A stretch of 42,138 nt of DNA from a virus (Duplodnaviria > Heunggongvirae > Uroviricota > Caudoviricetes): positions 1-42,138 of the IMG/VR virus record IMGVR_UViG_2526164691_000033; one strand, 5' to 3'. Below, one piece after another: positions 35,250-42,138 of the stretch. The first letter of the stretch is position 1; the number at the start of each line of letters is the position of its first letter. The position numbers were made by a program, and so were the translations under genes. The notes beneath the pieces were generated by a model that saw nothing but the letters and a program-made list of their open reading frames with translations, searched no databases and was not told where the DNA came from.

Positions 35250-35450
35250 TCAGCTTGAATGTTGTGGGGAGGAATTAATCATGATCTGCTTAATCTCTGC
35301 CCTGATACGACGGTTTGATTCCATGGTGCACTCAACACAGTGTCCGTTGTAAACCCAGCGTTCACTGTCATGTCCGTGCTTACATGTTTTTCCGGTGTAG
35401 TAGCGTTTAAGTCCGCGCTTTGCGGCATCAATACGTGTAATGATTTCCAT
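35250..35450 (-). CDS. zinc-finger small protein at the cII-equivalent position
   Basis: CKHGHDSERWVYNGHCVEC cysteine/histidine cluster; between cro-like and O-like genes. Confidence 0.4.
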   Translation of the reverse strand: MEIITRIDAAKRGLKRYYTGKTCKHGHDSERWVYNGHCVECTMESNRRIRAEIKQIMINSSPQHSS

Positions 35451-35529
35451 GGTAAGCCCTGTTATTAGTATTGGGATTACGGTTATTTTGTGCTGACACA
35501 AAAAAAGATCAACCATATTTGGTTTTTTA

Positions 35530-35544
35530 TTACCTTTGAGGTAC
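35530..35544. promoter_or_regulatory. imperfect operator motif TTACCTTTGAGGTAC
   Basis: One mismatch; adjacent to the tR1-like terminator. Confidence 0.3.
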
Positions 35545-35552
35545 GAATAGAT

Positions 35553-35578
35553 ATGAAAAGACCGCCGGGTGGCGGTCT
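35553..35578 (-). terminator. rho-independent terminator between cro-like and cII-like genes (tR1-like position)
   Basis: Perfect 8-bp stem AGACCGCC/GGCGGTCT; on the minus strand followed by CTTTTCATAT. Confidence 0.5.
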
Positions 35579-35599
35579 ACAGAGGGTTGTGGCTGGATA

Positions 35600-35830
35600 T
35601 CATGAGTAGAAGAAGTATGCCAGTTCTGCTTTTGAGCGCAGCCATTGTCTTGTTTTACAGGCTTTAAAAAGCCCATTCATCAATACCTTACCTGGCATTT
35701 TGCGCTTACCTGTTAAGTGAGTCTGGATATAGTGACTCGTCGTTCCGGCTTCCTGTGCGAAGGCTTCACGCTCATCCGGAGTAAGTGCAAGCCAGTGCTT
35801 TTTGAAATCGAAATGTCCGTTATCGCTCAT
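35600..35830 (-). CDS. Cro/CII-like HTH regulator
   Basis: 76 aa, divergent from the repressor gene; HTH-like segment EAFAQEAGTTSHYIQTHLTG. Confidence 0.5.
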   Translation of the reverse strand: MSDNGHFDFKKHWLALTPDEREAFAQEAGTTSHYIQTHLTGKRKMPGKVLMNGLFKACKTRQWLRSKAELAYFFYS

Positions 35831-35897
35831 AGCTATTGCCTGATATTTATTTCAGATAATAAATATTCACCCATAAGGTAACAAAAATCAAGGATAG

Positions 35898-35929
35898 TTA
35901 CCTATGGGGTGCATTTACCTGTTGGGTAA
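35898..35929. promoter_or_regulatory. OR-like operator pair
   Basis: TTACCTATGGGGTGC (imperfect) and TTACCTGTTGGGTAA (perfect), 3 bp apart, between the divergent cro-like and repressor genes. Confidence 0.55.
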
Positions 35930-35984
35930 TATTGCTTTAAATTGAATCATCTACTGATTCATATATGAGGCGATTTTCCAGAAA

Positions 35985-36569
35985 ATGAAAAGTATCCAGG
36001 ACGTCCGCAGGCAAAATCTCAACGACTTGATCGACCGTGAATTCAATGGTGTTCAGACGCGGATGGCAGAAAAACTTGGAACTCAGGCAAATCTGGTAAA
36101 CCGCTGGGCTCTTGGCAAGAAGGTTATCGGCGACCAGGTTGCGCGAAAAATTGAAGCTGCCGCCAATAAACCCCGTAACTGGCTTGATATCGATCGCTCG
36201 CTTTCTCAGGAAGGTTTTCAGCCTGTCGGCCCAAGCGACATTGGTCAGCTAGCGGCTCACAACCTGGAACGCTGGATGAGCGAAAGCCGCGACCTTTCAA
36301 CACAGGGAAAACTTCACCGCGCATCCGGCGTAGCCCAGGTGACAATCAGCCGCCTGTTAAACAATGAGGTCAGCGTTTCCATTTCCACCCTGGAGAATGT
36401 TGCATCCGCATTCGGGCGTCATGGCTATGAATTACTGATTCACCCGCATGACCCTGCGACCATCAACTATGACCGCTCGCGCTACGCATTGTTACCCGAA
36501 ACCGAGAAAGCAAAGATCGAAAGTTACATTGAATTTGTCATCAACCAGAACGAAAAAAACAAACAATAA
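35985..36569 (+). CDS. prophage repressor with two XRE-type HTH domains and no S24 peptidase domain
   Basis: HTH 1 about residues 20-60 (QTRMAEKLGTQANLVNRWALGKKVIGDQVARKIEAA); HTH 2 about residues 110-150 (ASGVAQVTISRLLNNEVSVSISTLENVASAFG); no Ala-Gly / Ser-Lys autocleavage signature seen. Confidence 0.65.
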   Translation: MKSIQDVRRQNLNDLIDREFNGVQTRMAEKLGTQANLVNRWALGKKVIGDQVARKIEAAANKPRNWLDIDRSLSQEGFQPVGPSDIGQLAAHNLERWMSESRDLSTQGKLHRASGVAQVTISRLLNNEVSVSISTLENVASAFGRHGYELLIHPHDPATINYDRSRYALLPETEKAKIESYIEFVINQNEKNKQ

Positions 36570-36590
36570 AATCATATTTTTCAGTAAGTA

Positions 36591-36615
36591 AGCCGCCTTC
36601 TGGCGGCTTTTTTTA
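36591..36615 (+). terminator. rho-independent terminator after repressor gene
   Basis: AGCCGCC-TTCT-GGCGGCT followed by TTTTTTT. Confidence 0.6.
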
Positions 36616-36627
36616 TTGCCTATACGA

Positions 36628-36703
36628 TTACCTGACGGGTAATTTTTTAACTCATATCTATTGACATCAAACCAAATACGCATAATCATTACCTCAAAGG
36701 TAA
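36628..36703. promoter_or_regulatory. OL-like operator pair with promoter
   Basis: TTACCTGACGGGTAA (36628-36642) and TTACCTCAAAGGTAA (36689-36703); TTGACA at 36661-36666 between them. Confidence 0.55.
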
Positions 36704-36722
36704 CAGACCGAGGTAACAAATT

Positions 36723-36875
36723 ATGCAGTGGAAAATCATCAACGGTTGGTACTGCGTTACTGCATGCGGATTCATGAGCTGGAAGTTCCGCACCTTACAG
36801 GAAGGCATTAAGTGGGCTTTCGTCAGCAAAGAAGCTCGCGATGTGGCCAACGATAACGAGATATGGGAGGGCTGA
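36723..36875 (+). CDS. hypothetical 50-aa protein, first gene of rightward early operon
   Basis: GAGGT 8 nt upstream; Trp/Cys-rich; below the size cut-off of the supplied ORF track. Confidence 0.3.
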   Translation: MQWKIINGWYCVTACGFMSWKFRTLQEGIKWAFVSKEARDVANDNEIWEG

Positions 36876-36877
36876 TA

Positions 36878-37177
36878 ATGAACGTTAATCAGCAGAAAAA
36901 TCTTCAAAAAATCATGCTGGCATTCGACAAGGACTACCGCCTGTCAGAACAGCTATATGACCGACAAGTTGAACTGATTGAGAGTATCCGGCTTCATCAA
37001 CTGGCATCAACTTTCGACGTTGTAACAGTTAAAGGCGTTCGCCAGGAAGTACTGGAGGCCGCTAAAGACAGCCCTGAGTTCGAAGAACTAATGGATGCCT
37101 ACCGGCGCGAGGCAATGGCAATTATCGCCCGCTGGGATCTGGCTGATCAGATTGATGGGCAGAGGGACGCGGCATGA
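36878..37177 (+). CDS. hypothetical early protein
   Basis: GGGAGGG RBS; 99 aa; overlaps the exonuclease gene start. Confidence 0.45.
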   Translation: MNVNQQKNLQKIMLAFDKDYRLSEQLYDRQVELIESIRLHQLASTFDVVTVKGVRQEVLEAAKDSPEFEELMDAYRREAMAIIARWDLADQIDGQRDAA

Positions 37178-37995
37178 ATCAGGGAATTTATTTCGATATC
37201 AGCAACGAGGACTACCACGCCGGTGACGGCGTGAGTAAGTCGCAGCTAGATATGGTGGCTAAGAACCCTGCCCTTCTGAAATGGGTGAAGGCTGCTCCGG
37301 AAGACGAAGAGAAGAAGTCTGCACTGGACATTGGTACTGCTCTGCACTGTCTGCTTCTGGAACATGGAGAGTTTGACAAACGCTTCATCGTTTCACCGAA
37401 ATTCGATCGTCGGACAAAACAAGGTAAAGCTGACGAAGAGGCATTTCTTCGTGATGTGGCGGATATGGGGATTTCGGTACTTGATGCAGAGCAGTGGCGG
37501 AAACTGGAGCTGATGCGTGATAGCGCAATGGCTCACCCGGCGGCACGCTGGATGTTGGAAGCACCTGGTTACTGCGAAGCATCAATGTACTGGAACGATG
37601 AAGAGACGGGTGAGTTGTGCCGAATTCGTCCAGACAAATGGCTGAACGAGCACAACGTGATCGTCGACGTGAAAAAGGTTGCAGATATGGACCGTTTTGC
37701 ACGCCACATCGAGGAATTCCGCTACCACGTGCAGGACGCAATGTACCGCGAAGGCGCAATGAGGGTTACTGGTCAGCCGCATGGTTTTTTCTTTCTTGCC
37801 GTGAGCGAAAGCATTGATTGTGGTCGGTATCCGGTACGCGTGTTCGAGCTGGATGCGCCGGATGTCGATGCCGGGCACGCTCTGTTCCGCCGGGATCTGA
37901 ATACCTATCACGAATGCCGCATCAACGATGAATGGGGCGGAGTGGAAATTATTAAACGCCCTGACTGGGCACGTAAACAGGATATGTACATATGA
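37174..37995 (+). CDS. RecE-like PD-(D/E)XK exonuclease
   Basis: Motif IRPDKW...VIVDVKKV consistent with PD-(D/E)XK; directly upstream of and coupled to the RecT-like gene. Confidence 0.65.
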   Translation: MNQGIYFDISNEDYHAGDGVSKSQLDMVAKNPALLKWVKAAPEDEEKKSALDIGTALHCLLLEHGEFDKRFIVSPKFDRRTKQGKADEEAFLRDVADMGISVLDAEQWRKLELMRDSAMAHPAARWMLEAPGYCEASMYWNDEETGELCRIRPDKWLNEHNVIVDVKKVADMDRFARHIEEFRYHVQDAMYREGAMRVTGQPHGFFFLAVSESIDCGRYPVRVFELDAPDVDAGHALFRRDLNTYHECRINDEWGGVEIIKRPDWARKQDMYI

Positions 37996-38873
37996 GCAAT
38001 GATATCGCAATCACATCACAACCAGGCGCAACTGTAGGCACTGCTGCGGCAATCTTCAGCCCCGAGGGCATGAATCAACTGGTGCGTTTCGCGGAGTTGA
38101 TGTCACAAAGCAAAGCGACTGTACCGAAACATCTTGAAGGCAAACCTGCCGATTGCCTGGCGGTGACCATGCAGGCGGCACAGTGGGGAATGAACCCTTT
38201 CGCCGTGGCGCAGAAAACGCATGTGGTAAACGGAACGTTAGGCTACGAAGCACAGTTGGTAAACGCGGTCGTATCCTCTTCCAGCCTGCTGGCGACACGC
38301 CTGAATTATCGCTGGAGCGGCGACTGGTCGAATGTTAACGGCAAAACAGATAAATCACCGAATCTGACGGTAACTGTGTCAGCAGTTCTTAAAGGAGAAG
38401 CAGAACCCCGTGAGCTTACCATCAGTATGGCGCAAGCCGGAGTGCGTAACTCTCCATTGTGGGAACAGGATCCGCGCCAGCAACTTGCCTATCTTTGCAC
38501 GAAACGATGGGCTCGCCTGCACGCTCCTGATGTACTTCTCGGTGTTTACACCCCAGACGAATTACAGGAAACGGCACCGCGCGTTGAGAGAGACATTACT
38601 CCGCAAACGACCACTGCTGCGGGAATGAACAGTCTGATCAACGCTAAACCAGCGAAAAAGCCTGATGAGCAAACGCGTAAAGCGGATAGCCGTGATCCAG
38701 AAGAAATGCTGATGGCCTTTACCAGCGCAGCGATGAATTACAGCACTGTCTCCGAACTGGATAAGGCTTACAAATACATTGCACAAAAACTTTCAGATGA
38801 TGACGAACTGCTGGCAAAAGCCACCGACGTTTACAGCGTTCGTCGGGAAGAATTAAACGAAACATCTATGTAA
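37992..38873 (+). CDS. RecT-like single-strand annealing recombinase
   Basis: 293 aa; position after exonuclease; sequence character (...AQWGMNPFAVAQKTHVVNGTLGYEAQL...) typical of RecT/Redbeta family. Confidence 0.6.
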   Translation: MSNDIAITSQPGATVGTAAAIFSPEGMNQLVRFAELMSQSKATVPKHLEGKPADCLAVTMQAAQWGMNPFAVAQKTHVVNGTLGYEAQLVNAVVSSSSLLATRLNYRWSGDWSNVNGKTDKSPNLTVTVSAVLKGEAEPRELTISMAQAGVRNSPLWEQDPRQQLAYLCTKRWARLHAPDVLLGVYTPDELQETAPRVERDITPQTTTAAGMNSLINAKPAKKPDEQTRKADSRDPEEMLMAFTSAAMNYSTVSELDKAYKYIAQKLSDDDELLAKATDVYSVRREELNETSM

Positions 38874-38922
38874 CCACCACCGCGGCGCCACGCGCGCCGC
38901 ACTGCAACCAAGAGAGGTATTT

Positions 38923-39171
38923 ATGAAAGGTGCATTAGGTAAGAAGGAACTCCTGGCGGTGGTGCCACTGTCATGGAGCACTATCGACCGTATGGAGCGC
39001 GCAGGGGAATTTCCTAAACGCTGGTATATCACCGATAAACGCTGCGCATGGAACCGTGATGAAGTTGAGCGTTGGCTTGATGAACGTCAGGCAGCAAGCC
39101 CGGCAGAGTTCCAGGGTAAAAAACCTCCTGTTCAGCAACGTGTATATCGTCCTGTGAGCAACGCTGCATGA
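38923..39171 (+). CDS. AlpA-family HTH regulator / putative excisionase
   Basis: KKELLAVVPLSWSTIDRMERAGEFPKRWYITDKRCAWNRDEVERWL fits the AlpA/phage-Xis HTH pattern. Confidence 0.6.
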   Translation: MKGALGKKELLAVVPLSWSTIDRMERAGEFPKRWYITDKRCAWNRDEVERWLDERQAASPAEFQGKKPPVQQRVYRPVSNAA

Positions 39172-39280
39172 GTGCGCTGCTAAGGCACTGGAGCAAATGG
39201 TCAGGATGGTACTTATTCCTGGCCTCTGTTTCAGCATGGCTTTATCTGCTGGCATTAATTTTCAGAGAGGGTTGGATTAA

Positions 39281-39580
39281 GTGAGAAAGTTAAGCCGACT
39301 TGAAAAATATCACATGAACAAGGTTTCAATGCGCAGCCATTCAAAGGTTGTTGCCGTTACTCCTGCGGCGATAGAGATCGAAAAACGCGCGATTGAAAGA
39401 GAGAAAAAAGGGCAGTTCCGCATTGCCGCCCACCTTTGGCTTCAGTGTATGGATGTTGCTTCTGGTGATGTTGAGCGTGCAAGGATCGCGGTTCGCAGGG
39501 ACCAATGTATCACAAAAGTTAACGGCCTTCGCCGTGGCGACTATAGCGGCATAGGATGTTGTGGGGTGGTTTATGACTAA
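39281..39580 (+). CDS. PerC-like small transcriptional regulator (tentative)
   Basis: Pattern AAHLWLQCM...ERARIAVRRDQC resembles PerC/Pch-family prophage regulators from memory; start may be the internal ATG (MNKVSM). Confidence 0.3.
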   Translation: MRKLSRLEKYHMNKVSMRSHSKVVAVTPAAIEIEKRAIEREKKGQFRIAAHLWLQCMDVASGDVERARIAVRRDQCITKVNGLRRGDYSGIGCCGVVYD

Positions 39581-40223
39581 GAAATACACACTAATCTATG
39601 CAGATCCACCCTGGGTATACCGGGACAAAGCCGCAGATGGTAATCGCGGTGCCGGTTTTAAATATCCGGTTATGAGTGTGCTGGATATCTGCCGCCTTCC
39701 TGTGTGGGATTTGGCCGATGAAAACTGTCTGTTGGCCATGTGGTGGGTGCCAACACAACCACTCCAAGCACTAAAAGTTGTTGAAGCCTGGGGATTCCGT
39801 CTGATGACCATGAAGGGCTTCACGTGGATAAAATGTGGTAGTCGACAACCAGATAAACTGGTTATGGGTATGGGACACATGACTCGCGCCAATAGTGAAG
39901 ATTGCCTGTTTGCGGTAAAGGGAAAACTACCTACGCGCATTAATGCAGGGATCGTTCAGTCATTTACCGCACCGCGGCTTGAGCATTCAAGAAAACCAGA
40001 TATCGTTCGTGAAAAACTTGTGCAATTGTTAGGCGATGTTTCTCGCATTGAACTGTTCGCCCGCCAGTCGTCTCATGGCTTCGATGTTTGGGGTAATCAG
40101 TGCGAAGACCCGGCAGTGCAACTACACCCTGGATACGCGTTGGATATTGCCAGATTAACAAATGCATTCAGCAATGCTCCGCTGTCACCAACAGACAACC
40201 AGGGGCGGGAGCGTGCAGCATGA
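39573..40223 (+). CDS. MT-A70-family DNA N6-adenine methyltransferase
   Basis: Catalytic DPPW motif ([10 protein letters not shown]); start at ATG preceded by GGGGTGG. Confidence 0.7.
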   Translation: MTKKYTLIYADPPWVYRDKAADGNRGAGFKYPVMSVLDICRLPVWDLADENCLLAMWWVPTQPLQALKVVEAWGFRLMTMKGFTWIKCGSRQPDKLVMGMGHMTRANSEDCLFAVKGKLPTRINAGIVQSFTAPRLEHSRKPDIVREKLVQLLGDVSRIELFARQSSHGFDVWGNQCEDPAVQLHPGYALDIARLTNAFSNAPLSPTDNQGRERAA

Positions 40224-40879
40224 ACCTATATCAACGCATCAATGGCGCTGACTGGTGCAATATCTTCGTCGTCGGCGATCTGCATGGGTGCTACACGCTG
40301 CTGATGAACGAACTCGACAAAGTTTCATTCGACCCGGCGCGCGATTTGCTTATTTCCGTTGGTGACCTTGTTGACCGCGGCGCTGAAAACGTCGAATGCC
40401 TGGATTTGATTACTATGCCGTGGTTCCGAGCTGTTCGTGGCAACCATGAGCAGATGATGCTGGATGCACTGGTCAACGGCGGAAGTTTCGGACATTGGAT
40501 GTCAAACGGCGGTGGATGGTGGCACCAACTTGATTCTGAGCAGGATGTGCAACTCAAATACCTTCTGCCAAAGGTTACCAACCTCCCGATGATTATCGAA
40601 CTGGTTACCGGCAATAAGAAGGTCGTCATCTGCCACGCAGACTACCCGCACAACGAATACGCATTCGATAAGCCAGTACCGGAAGAAATGGTGATATGGA
40701 ATCGTGAGCGGGTTAGCGACGCGCAGGACGGTATTGTCTCGGAGATAACCGGTGCCGATTTGTTCATCTTCGGTCATACGCCAGCACATCACCCACTAGT
40801 GTATGCAAACCAGATGTACATCGACACCGGAGCAGTGTTCTGCGGAAATCTGACGCTTACCAAAGTCCAGGAAGGATAG
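40220..40879 (+). CDS. Ser/Thr protein phosphatase (lambda PPase / metallophosphoesterase family)
   Basis: Motifs VVGDLHG, GDLVDRG, GNHE and trailing His residues typical of calcineurin-like phosphoesterases; ATG overlaps the methyltransferase stop. Confidence 0.75.
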   Translation: MNLYQRINGADWCNIFVVGDLHGCYTLLMNELDKVSFDPARDLLISVGDLVDRGAENVECLDLITMPWFRAVRGNHEQMMLDALVNGGSFGHWMSNGGGWWHQLDSEQDVQLKYLLPKVTNLPMIIELVTGNKKVVICHADYPHNEYAFDKPVPEEMVIWNRERVSDAQDGIVSEITGADLFIFGHTPAHHPLVYANQMYIDTGAVFCGNLTLTKVQEG

Positions 40880-40881
40880 AA

Positions 40882-42138
40882 TTATTTATTACTGTCTTCC
40901 ATCCACCTCTCAAACTTCGACGGGGAGAACGGAATCAGATCCGTATGCTCCCCATTAATCCAGGAATCAATCATATCGGCCCACTGCTGCAACATGTAGG
41001 CGCGCTGTCTGGCGTATTCCGCTTTGTTATATACGGCGCGCACACCTTTCTGCTCATGTGCCAGAGCCTTTTCAATCCAGTCTGAAGGATAACCAGCCTC
41101 ATGCAACAACGTACTGGCTGTACGGCGCATATCATGTACAGTGAAGTCCTGAATATGCTCACCATCTTCATTTATTATTTTCACCGTTCTGTCGATCAGA
41201 GAGTTCAGCGCGGCATTAGATAATGGCTTCCGGAAGTTGTAACGACCAGGAACCAGATATTCACTTCCACCAGCGCACATCTGCAACCCGACCAATATAT
41301 CCTGTGCCTGTTTAGGCAGGTAAATAACATGCGCCCGGCTTCCCTTCATGCGGTCTGAAGGAATTGTCCATGTCCATTTTTTAAAATCTATTTCGTCCCA
41401 CGTTGCATTGGTGAATTCGCCTTTACGAACCATAGTGATAAGCACCAGCTTTAAAGCCATTTTCATAGTGCCCATAGCACCAATGGCATCCAGCGTGCGG
41501 AAGAACAGGCCAATTTCTTCTGGCGTCAGTGTTCGCTCTCGTGGTTTAAATATGGCGATAGACGAAGGTTTAATGTCAGCCGCAGGATTAAACAAACCAT
41601 GACCACGGTCATTGGCGTGACGGTATACGCTGCTGATGATCTCCCTGGCCTGCACTGCTGTTGCCCGACCACCGCGTTCGACAATCCGGTCACACAAATC
41701 ACGAACCATCGATGTGGTAATTTCAGTCATCATTTTGTTGCCAAGAACCGGAAGTATGTCACGGTCGATCACCGCCTGCTTCATTGCGCGGGTACTGTCA
41801 GCCAGGATGACATGTTTCATATAACTGTCGGTATGTACCGCAAACGTCTCGGCACCACGAATCTTTTTGATGCCGTCACGTTTAGCCGCAGCCGGTGACT
41901 GGCCTGCTTTAAGCAGCTTCTTTGCAGCAATCAGTTCTTCTCGCGCTTCTGCCAGGCTGATACCGTCACGCCCATACTGCCCGATTACCAGTGTTTCGCG
42001 GCGACCGTTGATACGGTAGTCATAGCGAAACGAGACCGTGCCTGACGTAAGCACAGCTACATACAGCCCGTCACGATCGGAGACCTTGTACAGTTTGTCC
42101 TGTGGCTTGAGGTTCTTTAATTTTGTATCGGTAAGCAC
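40882..42138 (-). CDS. int: tyrosine integrase, P4-type (N-terminal DUF4102-like arm-binding domain); possibly 5'-truncated by window edge
   Basis: N-terminus LTDTKLKNLKPQDKLYKVSDRDGLYVAVLTSGTVSFRY typical of P4-family integrases; C-terminal region with HxxR and catalytic Tyr context (AHVIYLPK...HDMRRT...ALAHE); ORF begins at the last codon of the window. Confidence 0.8.
   Translation of the reverse strand: MLTDTKLKNLKPQDKLYKVSDRDGLYVAVLTSGTVSFRYDYRINGRRETLVIGQYGRDGISLAEAREELIAAKKLLKAGQSPAAAKRDGIKKIRGAETFAVHTDSYMKHVILADSTRAMKQAVIDRDILPVLGNKMMTEITTSMVRDLCDRIVERGGRATAVQAREIISSVYRHANDRGHGLFNPAADIKPSSIAIFKPRERTLTPEEIGLFFRTLDAIGAMGTMKMALKLVLITMVRKGEFTNATWDEIDFKKWTWTIPSDRMKGSRAHVIYLPKQAQDILVGLQMCAGGSEYLVPGRYNFRKPLSNAALNSLIDRTVKIINEDGEHIQDFTVHDMRRTASTLLHEAGYPSDWIEKALAHEQKGVRAVYNKAEYARQRAYMLQQWADMIDSWINGEHTDLIPFSPSKFERWMEDSNK

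Noticed and set aside
35985-36569. Repressor as a LexA/CI-type autocleavable protein
   Set aside because: No Ala-Gly cleavage site or Ser...Lys peptidase motif is visible in the C-terminal half; instead a second HTH is present.

Overview
The window is almost entirely one temperate prophage (about 41 kb, from roughly 1.15 kb to the right edge), probably in an enterobacterial host. It has a lambdoid early/immunity region joined to a podovirus-type virion module. Order left to right: two secreted/lipoprotein genes of uncertain origin and a bidirectional terminator; a lysis cassette on the minus strand (two holin-like proteins, GH19 endolysin, Rz with embedded Rz1); a decayed gtr O-antigen glucosylation cassette (gtrA plus a 35-codon gtrB stub); a convergent beta-helix tailspike; an antirepressor locus with a near-consensus LexA box in front of a small Ant-C-terminal-like gene; an AT-rich cargo island of unrecognisable genes; the virion module (internal virion proteins, tail tubular A/B-like, capsid, scaffold, T7-type connector); an antisense tRNA-Arg(UCU) island; terminase; nin-like small genes including Ea22/DUF551 paralogues; lambda O/P-like replication genes with in-gene iterons; cro/cII-like genes; a two-HTH repressor with no peptidase domain; RecE/RecT-like recombination genes; AlpA; an MT-A70 methyltransferase; a Ser/Thr phosphatase; and a P4-type integrase at the right edge. 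The most interesting points are (i) a 15-bp palindrome TTACC-N5-GGTAA repeated at a dozen intergenic positions that flank the repressor gene and sit in front of the antirepressor, cargo, tRNA and nin units; (ii) the SOS-box-controlled mini-antirepressor paired with a non-cleavable repressor; and (iii) the operator-controlled AT-rich cargo island (7.9-10.0 kb). All functional calls are from reading translated ORFs and motifs by eye; no database search or computation was run, and GC content was judged by eye.
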